DNA of 64,000 nucleotides, from positions 224,001 to 288,000 of the forward strand of contig JBFWRP010000001.1 of NCBI GenBank assembly GCA_050248855.1, in the 5' to 3' direction. Every line of letters begins with the position of its first letter. Positions within the stretch are counted from its first letter, which is position 1. The notes beneath the pieces were generated by a model. That model did not search any database. It was not told the DNA's origin and saw only the letters and a list, made by a program, of their open reading frames with translations. The stretch comes from Planctomycetota bacterium (GTDB lineage Bacteria > Planctomycetota > PLA2 > JAEUHO01). Below, in pieces: positions 1 through 7,468 of this stretch. The position numbers and the translations under genes are program-made.

Positions 1-1
1 G

Positions 2-223
2 CTGGAAGCGGCGCTGCGCACGCCCGAGGTCGACAGCGTGTTCCTCCTGTCCGACGGCGTGCCGGGGGCCGGCAAGTACGTCACGACGCCTGACATCCTC
101 CAAGCCGTGCGCCGCGAGAACCAGACGCGCCGCATCGCCATCCACACGGTCAGCCTCGGCATGGAGAGCGAGCTGCTCCGGCGCCTGGCTCAGGAGAACG
201 CCGGCCGCTACGTACGGCGGTAG
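2..223 (+). CDS. C-terminal part of a VWA-domain protein (5' truncated by window)
   Basis: Open from position 2; DSVFLLSDGVP...IAIHTVSLG...LLRRLAQENAGRY resembles a VWA C-terminus. Confidence 0.7.
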   Translation: MEAALRTPEVDSVFLLSDGVPGAGKYVTTPDILQAVRRENQTRRIAIHTVSLGMESELLRRLAQENAGRYVRR

Positions 224-239
224 CACGTGACCCCGAACG

Positions 240-337
240 GTACGGAGGCGGGGATTTCTTCCGCAACTTGCCGCCCTGCGCTTTGGCATGCGGAAGTGCC
301 CATCGGCAAGTTGCGGAAGAATTCCCCGCCTCCGTAC
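240..337. repeat. REP/MITE-like palindromic element, copy 1
   Basis: 34-bp inverted arms GTACGGAGGCGGGGATTTCTTCCGCAACTTGCCG / CGGCAAGTTGCGGAAGAATTCCCCGCCTCCGTAC (1 mismatch), between convergent genes. Confidence 0.85.
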
Positions 338-414
338 GGGCTTTGCCGTCGGCATGACGAGCTGACACGCAGGGGGCGCCCTTCGATCGCCGGCGGACGT
401 CGCACTCCCCTGCG

Positions 415-897
415 TCAGCTCACCTCGACGTCCGAGGGATCGACATCGCGGATGTTCGGGCTGCGCTGCTTCGGTGGAGCCGACGCGAACGGATCGGTCG
501 GGAACCGGATCTGGTCCATCGAGCGCATGGCGCGGCCCTGGAGGCGCCTGACGAGCAGGCGCGCGAAGGCGCGGCGCGGGCCCGGGACGAGCAGGAGCAG
601 GCCCAGGGCATCCGTGAGGAACCCGGGCACCATGAGGAGCACGCCCGCGGCGACGAGGGCCAGGGGGTCGGCGCCGGGCTGGGCCGGGGCGGCCCCGAGC
701 GAGCCCATGATGCGATCGAGCATCGGGGTCGAGGCGAGGCGCCGACGCCCCAGGCGCACGAGCCCGTAGCCGACCAACGCCGTGAGGCCGAGCCAGCCGA
801 ACACCAGCCCGCCGCCCGCATGGCTCCCCGCGAACAGCAGCAAGAAGAGCTCGGCCACCGGGAGGAGCAGGACGAGCAAGGCAAGCGGGCGCGACAC
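415..897 (-). CDS. fxsA: FxsA family membrane protein
   Basis: LPVAELFLL...AGVLLMVPGFLTDALGLLLLVP motif; GTG start inferred. Confidence 0.85.
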   Translation of the reverse strand: MSRPLALLVLLLPVAELFLLLFAGSHAGGGLVFGWLGLTALVGYGLVRLGRRRLASTPMLDRIMGSLGAAPAQPGADPLALVAAGVLLMVPGFLTDALGLLLLVPGPRRAFARLLVRRLQGRAMRSMDQIRFPTDPFASAPPKQRSPNIRDVDPSDVEVS

Positions 898-955
898 GAC
901 AGGTGAGGCTACCCTGGAGGGCAAGCCCGGGGGATGTGGGCAGGGGGGGGAGATC

Positions 956-1189
956 ATGACCGAGGTGTTCCGACTCACGCGCGAGGACATCCGCTTGGAC
1001 GCCCTGCTGAAGGAGGCGCGCCTCGCTTCGTCGGGTGGCGAGGCGAAGGCCATGATCCAGGCCGGTCACGTGCTCGTGGACGGGGCCGTCGAGACGCGAC
1101 GCAGCACGCGCCTGCGGCCTGGCATGACCGTCCGCATCGGCCCGCGCGAGCTTCGCTTGGCCGGTCCCCCGACCTCGCTCGCGCCCTGA
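956..1189 (+). CDS. S4-domain RNA-binding protein (YbcJ/YaaA-like)
   Basis: IRLDALLK...SSGGEAKAMIQAGHVLVDGAVETRR; GGAG upstream of ATG. Confidence 0.85.
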   Translation: MTEVFRLTREDIRLDALLKEARLASSGGEAKAMIQAGHVLVDGAVETRRSTRLRPGMTVRIGPRELRLAGPPTSLAP

Positions 1190-1270
1190 AGTCTCCAACA
1201 CCGCACGGCGCTCGCGACGGAAAGGTCCCGAGGCGACCGACGGCGTACAACGGCGCCTCCAAGGAGCCCC

Positions 1271-3841
1271 ATGGACCACCACCACGCCACGTGCCATCAC
1301 GGCTGCCGTCGCGTCGCCTCGGCGTCGGACTTCACGCTTCCCGGCGCGCGCGCGCACTATCCGCCGGACCTCTCGATCGAGCCCATCCACCTGGACATCG
1401 ACCTGCGCGTGGACGTGGCCGAGAGGCGCTGTGCCGGCACGGTCACCCACACCCTCGAGGGGCGCCGGGCGGGTGCACGCGACCTCGTCCTCCACGCCGT
1501 GGACTTCGAAGACCTCGACATCAAGTGCCCCGGCGACCAGGCCGTCCACTGGTCCTACGACGGCCGCGAGATCCGAGTCCGGTTCGAGCAGCCGTTGGCC
1601 AAGGGCGAGCACCGCAAGCTGGCCATCACCTACCGGGTGCAGGACCCCGTCACGGGCCTCTTCTTCTTCGGGCCCGCCGAGCACGCGACCGAGGTGCCCT
1701 ACGTCGCGGCCACCGACCACGAGACCGAGCGCGCCCGGCACTGGCTTCCCACGATCGACCTGCCGTCGTGCCGCCCCACCCTCTCGTGGCACCTGCGCTC
1801 CAAGAGCGAGTACACGATCCTGGCCAACGGCAAGTCGGCCGGCGAGACCCACCACGACGACGGCACCAAGACGGCGCACTGGGAGCTCGAGCAGCGCTGC
1901 CCCAGCTACCTCACGTGCTTCGTGCTGGGCGACCTCGTCGAGGCGCGCGACGGCGAGTTCGAAGGCCGCCCCATCGCGTACTACACGACGCGGCACTTCC
2001 AGGCCGACGACCTGATCCGCGCGTTCGGCCGGACGGGGCAGATGCTGGCGTGGATGACCAAGAAGCTGGGCCACCCCTTCCCGTTCCCCAAGTACTACCA
2101 GTTCGCCCTCCCCGGCTTCGGCGGCGCCATGGAGAACATCTCGCTGGTCAGCTGGGACGACATGTTCGTCCTCGACGAGACGATGGCCCGCGAGTGGACG
2201 TGGCAGACCGACCAGGTCAACTTGCACGAGATGGCGCACAGCTACTTCGGCGACGCCATCGTGTGTCGCGACTACGCGCACGCGTGGCTCAAGGAGAGCT
2301 GGGCCGTCTACATGGAGACGCTCTGGCTCGAGGACTCCAAGAGCGAAGAGGAAGCCCTCTACGATGTCCTGGTCAACATCGACAACTACCTGAACGAAGC
2401 CGACAGCGCCTACCAGCGCCCCATCGTCACGCGCGAGTTCAACACGTCGTGGCAGATGTACGACCGCCACCTCTACCCGGGGGGCGGCTCCCGCCTGCAC
2501 ATGCTGCGCAAGGAGCTGGGCGACGACCTGTTCTTCGAGGGCGTGCGCACGTACGTCAAGCGCCACGTCGGCGGGCTCGTGGAAACCGACGACTTCCGCA
2601 AGGCCCTGGAGGACGTCTCGGGCCGCCCGCTGGGCCGCTGGTTCGACCAGTGGATCCACACCGCCGGCTACCCCGCCGTCAAGGTGACCTGGGCCCGTGA
2701 TGCCGAGCGCGGCGTGGGCACGCTCACGGTCGAGCAGACCCAGGTCGACGAGAAGCAAGGGAAGAAGCCGTTTGCGTTCGGCTTGGACATCCGCCTCGTC
2801 GTGGACGGCCAGGAGCGCCTCGAGACGCTTCACGTCGAGCACGCCAAGCACGTGGTGGACCTGCCCGCCGCCAAGGAGCCCGACCTCGTGGAGGTCGACC
2901 CGTTCGGCCGCGTGGTCATGAAGCTCGAGTTCGATCCCGGCGCCACGCTCCTGCGCAAGCAGCTGCGCGAGGCGAAGACCGTGGTCGGTCGCATCCGCGC
3001 CGCTCGCACGCTCTGCAGCTCGGGCAAGCGCGCCAACCTCGAGGCCGTCCGCGACGCCTACGGCGAGGAGGCGTTCTGGGGCGCCCGTCGCGAGCTCGCG
3101 CGTGCCATGGGCACCGCCATGGCGGACGAGGCCGTCACGATCCTCGCCGAGTGGCTGGAGCGCGAAGAGGACGGCATGGTGCTGGAGCTGGCCATACGTG
3201 CCGCGGCGCCGCTGCGCGACCCGCGCATCCGCGGCGTTCTCGAGCGACGCCTGGACAAGGGCATCGATCTCTACCGCGCCGCCGGGGCGGCCTTCGAAGT
3301 GCTGGGCCTGCAGCGCGGCGAGGCCCCGTTCGCCGAGCTGAAGGCGGCCCTACGTCGTGAGGATCCCTACGGCTGGCAGGCCCAGAGCGCCGCGCGGGCC
3401 TTGGCCAGCAGTCGCCATCCGGAGGCGCTTGACACGCTCTTGGCGCACCTGGAGCCGGGTCAGGCGTCGGACCGCGTGCGGCCCGTCGTCGCGCTGGCCA
3501 TCGGCAGCATGGGACGCACCTTGACCGACGGCGAGAAGGAGCGCGCAGGCGAGGCCCTCGTGGACCGCCTCCGCGACCGCACGCCGCACGTCCGCAACCG
3601 CTCCATGATGGCGTTGGGCATGCTGGGTTGGGGACCGGCCGTCGCGGCCCTTCGCGCCTACGGCCAGCGCCTCTCGGACCAGGAGCGCGTGGCGGTGGAT
3701 CGCGCGATCGAGCAGATCCAGCGCGCGCAGAAGCCCGCCGGCAAGGCCGACGAGAAGGCCCGCGAAGAGCTCGAAAAGCACGTACGCACCCTCGAAGGCC
3801 GCGTCACGCGCCTCGAGGCCCGCGCCGACATGGGCTCCTGA
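1271..3841 (+). CDS. M1 family aminopeptidase with C-terminal HEAT-like repeats
   Basis: GAMEN and HEMAH-x18-E motifs; AAGGAG ribosome-binding site. Confidence 0.92.
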   Translation: MDHHHATCHHGCRRVASASDFTLPGARAHYPPDLSIEPIHLDIDLRVDVAERRCAGTVTHTLEGRRAGARDLVLHAVDFEDLDIKCPGDQAVHWSYDGREIRVRFEQPLAKGEHRKLAITYRVQDPVTGLFFFGPAEHATEVPYVAATDHETERARHWLPTIDLPSCRPTLSWHLRSKSEYTILANGKSAGETHHDDGTKTAHWELEQRCPSYLTCFVLGDLVEARDGEFEGRPIAYYTTRHFQADDLIRAFGRTGQMLAWMTKKLGHPFPFPKYYQFALPGFGGAMENISLVSWDDMFVLDETMAREWTWQTDQVNLHEMAHSYFGDAIVCRDYAHAWLKESWAVYMETLWLEDSKSEEEALYDVLVNIDNYLNEADSAYQRPIVTREFNTSWQMYDRHLYPGGGSRLHMLRKELGDDLFFEGVRTYVKRHVGGLVETDDFRKALEDVSGRPLGRWFDQWIHTAGYPAVKVTWARDAERGVGTLTVEQTQVDEKQGKKPFAFGLDIRLVVDGQERLETLHVEHAKHVVDLPAAKEPDLVEVDPFGRVVMKLEFDPGATLLRKQLREAKTVVGRIRAARTLCSSGKRANLEAVRDAYGEEAFWGARRELARAMGTAMADEAVTILAEWLEREEDGMVLELAIRAAAPLRDPRIRGVLERRLDKGIDLYRAAGAAFEVLGLQRGEAPFAELKAALRREDPYGWQAQSAARALASSRHPEALDTLLAHLEPGQASDRVRPVVALAIGSMGRTLTDGEKERAGEALVDRLRDRTPHVRNRSMMALGMLGWGPAVAALRAYGQRLSDQERVAVDRAIEQIQRAQKPAGKADEKAREELEKHVRTLEGRVTRLEARADMGS

Positions 3842-3854
3842 ACCGGGACAAGGT

Positions 3855-3945
3855 GGCGGGGATTTCTTCCGCAGCTTGCCGCAGGGCGCGCTCCCATGCC
3901 GTGGTGCAGGGCGGCAAGCTGCGGAAGAATTCCCCGCCTCCGTAC
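3855..3945. repeat. REP/MITE-like palindromic element, copy 2
   Basis: Arms GGCGGGGATTTCTTCCGCAGCTTGCCGC / GCGGCAAGCTGCGGAAGAATTCCCCGCC(TCCGTAC); homologous to 240-337. Confidence 0.85.
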
Positions 3946-3958
3946 CGCGTCTCTCCGT

Positions 3959-4014
3959 CTCCGAACGGCAGCCTCCGAACGGCAGCCTCCGAACGGCAGC
4001 CTCCGAACGGCAGC
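3959..4014. repeat. Perfect tandem repeat, 4 x 14 bp (CTCCGAACGGCAGC)
   Basis: Read directly from sequence. Confidence 0.95.
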
Positions 4015-4017
4015 TAC

Positions 4018-5199
4018 CTACGCGCGTTGTCGGCGTCGCTGCTGCGCGATGGCCAGCAGCACTCCAGCGACGAGCCCACCTGCCAGGGGCAACCGGCCGA
4101 CCCAGGGCGTCAGCTCGTAGCTGCGGTTCATGCGGTCGTAGCCGTAGGGAACCAGAAGCCACGCCAGCGTCACCACGATGGCCATGGTTCCCACGCCGAC
4201 ACTCCAGGACTTCATCTGGGTGAAGTCGATGCGTCCCATTCTCCCGGGCCACTCGCGAAACCAGTCGAACCCCAGCAGGTCGCGCGGACACGTGATCGCC
4301 AGCCACGTCAGCAAGGCGCCGCATGCACCGGCTGGGCCCAGGAGGACGTACTCCCGTCCGGAGTACGCGACGAGCGACATGACCAAGCCTGCGGCCTGAC
4401 CGAGCACGAGCAGTCCGGTCGTTCGAAGCGGGCCGATGATCCGCTCGATGCGGCCACCGAACACCCACAGCACGTAGACGGCGAAGCCCACCCGCCACGC
4501 GTCGACGGACGCGATCGAGAATCCGAGCCAGCGCGCCACGTCATTCGTGGAAGGGCTCGCCAGGTCCAGGCCGTACTTCACCGCAGCGGTGCGCGGGTCC
4601 ATCCCCGACGCGATGCCCACGACGAGCAGGCCGACCGCGAGCAGGAACGTCACGGGCCGACCCAGTACGACGCCGAAGCGCCCCTCGGCCCACGAAGCGG
4701 TGGCGTGCTTGCCCGAGATGCGCTTCACGTCCTCCGGCGGGTCGTGTCGCCCGCGGCCGCTTGTCCGCTGCGCGTGCTCCAGCTCGAACTGCGCCATGAC
4801 CAACGCCGCCTTCGGCGAAAGGGACGCCGCTCCGCTTCCCGCGGACTCGCCCTCCCTGCTCTCGGAGCCCGCAGCACGCCCCCCGTGCGCCAGCGTCGCG
4901 AACCCTCCGTCGGCGAACCACACGGCGTCGCACGCCAGGCAGGCGGCCACCCGCAGCGACCTGCCCTCCACCACGAGGGCCGTCGCGTGGAGCGGCTCCC
5001 GGCAGAAGGGACACTCGCGCGCCTCGGGGGGCGCCCGGCGTGCGCGGTGCCGCAGCTTGTCAACGGCATCGGCGGCCGCGTACCTGCGCACGACGGGCAG
5101 CGTTGCGGCGACGCCGTGGCAGCCGGCGCATCCCCAGGTGGTGACACCCTCGAGGACGGTGTGCTGCAGGGAAGCCGAGCAGTCCGGGCAGCTGGGCAT
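4018..5199 (-). CDS. Two zinc ribbons fused to a rhomboid-like membrane domain, probably inactive
   Basis: CPDC..CAGC and CPFC..CLAC(DAVWF); LWVFGGRIERIIG rhomboid-like motif; GPAG in place of GASG. Confidence 0.65.
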   Translation of the reverse strand: MPSCPDCSASLQHTVLEGVTTWGCAGCHGVAATLPVVRRYAAADAVDKLRHRARRAPPEARECPFCREPLHATALVVEGRSLRVAACLACDAVWFADGGFATLAHGGRAAGSESREGESAGSGAASLSPKAALVMAQFELEHAQRTSGRGRHDPPEDVKRISGKHATASWAEGRFGVVLGRPVTFLLAVGLLVVGIASGMDPRTAAVKYGLDLASPSTNDVARWLGFSIASVDAWRVGFAVYVLWVFGGRIERIIGPLRTTGLLVLGQAAGLVMSLVAYSGREYVLLGPAGACGALLTWLAITCPRDLLGFDWFREWPGRMGRIDFTQMKSWSVGVGTMAIVVTLAWLLVPYGYDRMNRSYELTPWVGRLPLAGGLVAGVLLAIAQQRRRQRA

Positions 5200-5210
5200 G
5201 AGGACCAGCG

Positions 5211-5825
5211 CTACCGGTCGTCGAGGCGCCGGCAGGCAAACCGCGGCGAGACGCACCAGCTGTCGTCGAGCACCAGCACATGGGGTGGCGCCGAGCTGAC
5301 GCCGGGCGGAATGGCCCCCACCAGCAGCTTGGGCTCGCCGCCCGCCGCTTGCACGAGCGGTGCGATGCCCTGCAGGAAGCCCAACGGTCCGCGTGCCAGC
5401 GGCGGCGGATCCCCGTCCAGCGCTTCACCCGTCAACCAGGGGTGGTCCATGACGACCCAGTCGGCAAGCGACCACCACGTGCCCGCCAAGGCGTGGAGGT
5501 GGCGCGCCACCTCCCCGAGCAGGCGCGCGGGGTCTTCGGGTCGGCTCCCCATGTGCACTTCGGCGGGCGGGGACAGGTACGGCATCAACAGGGGGTGCTC
5601 GCGGTGCACCTCCATCGTCCAGCTCGTGCTGGTCTGGATGCGGTAGGCGATCACGCCGTCCGCGCGCACCTCCCAGGCGATGGGCTCCGCGTCCTCGTCG
5701 TCGGGGTCCTCGCCCTCGATCTCCAGGACCCAGCCTTCGTGGTCATCGCGTACGGAGCGGAGGTGCAGCGGTGCACCCTCCTCGCCCCCGACCTTCGCGT
5801 GCCAAGCCAGCAACCGTTCCAGCAT
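5211..5825 (-). CDS. Hypothetical protein
   Basis: Protein-like composition within a minus-strand gene run. Confidence 0.6.
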   Translation of the reverse strand: MLERLLAWHAKVGGEEGAPLHLRSVRDDHEGWVLEIEGEDPDDEDAEPIAWEVRADGVIAYRIQTSTSWTMEVHREHPLLMPYLSPPAEVHMGSRPEDPARLLGEVARHLHALAGTWWSLADWVVMDHPWLTGEALDGDPPPLARGPLGFLQGIAPLVQAAGGEPKLLVGAIPPGVSSAPPHVLVLDDSWCVSPRFACRRLDDR

Positions 5826-5889
5826 GCGCGCCTCCCGCGTCGCGGACGATACGCCAGCGGTCACGGCCTGTCGCGTGCCGTACGGCTCT

Positions 5890-6918
5890 CTAGCGACCCC
5901 GCTCGCGGGCGCGTTGGGCCCCGGGATCCGTCACGGGGATCTCGCTCTCCCACGAGGCGCCGGCCGCACGGCCCTCCTGAATGTGGCGGCGGCGATCGGT
6001 CGGCGAGGCGCCATCCTCGCGCAGCGCACGGCGCACCAACGCCTCCAGGGACGAGGCCGGGGCCTCAGCGGGGACGGAAGCCAGCACGTCGCCGTCGAGG
6101 CCGAACGCACCCGGCTTGACGAGGAACACGCCCTGCTTCGAACCGAGGCCCCGGATCGCCGGGAGGTCCTCGTCGGCCCGCGCGACCTGCACCTGGAAGC
6201 GCCCGCGGAGATCGTCGCGCCACGCCAGCACGGCGAGCGCCTTGGCCAGCGCCTCGCGCTTCTTGGCGTCCTCGACACGGACCACGATCAGGGCTTGGCC
6301 GTCGCAGGCGCTCACGACGAGGGCGCGACGGACGTCGAGCGCCTGGGGAAGCGCTGCCAGGTCGGCCCGCGGCCGGTACTGCGCGGCGACCTCACGCAGG
6401 CGTGCCGCGAAGCGGGCGACGTCCTCTTCGCTCGTCGCGGCGCCTGGACCCCGGGCGGCCCCCACGAGGAACGCCGGCCCGCGGCCCGCCTGCCCGAGGA
6501 CGCGCGTGCCATCGGGGCCCAGGATCGCGAACGTCGTGTTCTCGAGCTGGCCGGAGCGACCCCGGAACACGCGCAGCAGGACATCCGCCTCGGCCTGGCT
6601 CTCGTAGGTGGCCAAGCGGGTACAGACGAAGGAGCGGGCAGCCGCCACGACCGTGGCGTCGGACAGGTAGCCCCTGTCCGTTTCCTGTTTGCCGGGTCAC
6701 CACATGCCGGGGACGCCGCCGCAGGCAGGCATCGCCGACGTCAACAGGATCGGGCGCCCGGTGCGCTTGGCTTCCGCCTTCGCCCCTTCCCACGTCCCGA
6801 ACCACACGATGCGCTCGGGGGGCGAGGCCTCCCCGGCCTGCGCAGGACGCAGGTTGGACGTGGTCTCGAAGCCGATGGCCGTGGCACAGAGAAGGGTGAC
6901 AAGCCGCATGGACCGCAT
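5890..6918 (-). CDS. Putative exported thioredoxin-like selenoprotein (Sec at TGA 6699-6697; 342 aa)
   Basis: ORFs 6697..6951 and 5890..6648 are in frame across one TGA: WEGAKAEAKRTGRPILL...PACGGVPGMW-U-PGKQETDRGYLSDATVVAAARSFVCTRL; SECIS-like hairpin follows. Confidence 0.8.
6660..6680 (-). promoter_or_regulatory. Bacterial SECIS-like hairpin
   Basis: CGGACAGG-GGCTA-CCTGTCCG: perfect 8-bp stem, G-initiated loop, 24 nt between UGA and loop. Confidence 0.7.
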
Positions 6919-7002
6919 GACGCTCTCCCGCAAGCCGAAGCCCGGCTGCATGCCCCCTGATACGCGGGCGACCGACGCTCGGCCGCCCGCGCAAGGTCTG
7001 CT

Positions 7003-7254
7003 TCAGGATCCGCGCTCGCGGAAAGTAGTCATGCCGCTGGCTGCCGTCCAGCCGGCCCGTCTCCAGGCAGCAGCGCTGGAAAGCGCCTCCCCGAACCGCA
7101 GGGGCAGGGGTCTTTGCGCCCGAGCTTCTCGAGCAGCTCCTTGCCGTGGCCGACCGTGCGGTGGCCGCGCTTGACGTGGGTCTCCGACGGGTAGCCCCTA
7201 CGCCGCTTGCTCATCCGCTCGAAAGGACGGCTTCTCGTGGTCTCGACGTGCCAT
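7003..7254 (-). CDS. SEC-C zinc-binding motif protein requiring three +1 frameshifts at TTT-C (82 aa); alternatively a pseudogene or assembly error
   Basis: AAGGGAGG SD then ATG 7254; [82 protein letters not shown]; skipped bases 7221, 7079, 7021. Confidence 0.7.
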
Positions 7255-7468
7255 GGCAACCTCCCTTCACGTGGTGTGAGGCGAAGGGGACGCGACCTAC
7301 AGCGCGCGGGTTCCGCCCGACCCCGGATGTGTCAGGACCCTTGCCGCGGCGCCGCGAAGCGGCAACGTGGGCAAGGTGCCTGACACGCAGGGGGCGCGGT
7401 TCGTCGGCGAACGGACGTCGCACTCAGGGAACCGACCCCAAGCAGAGCGCGCGGCACGTCGTTCCGCG

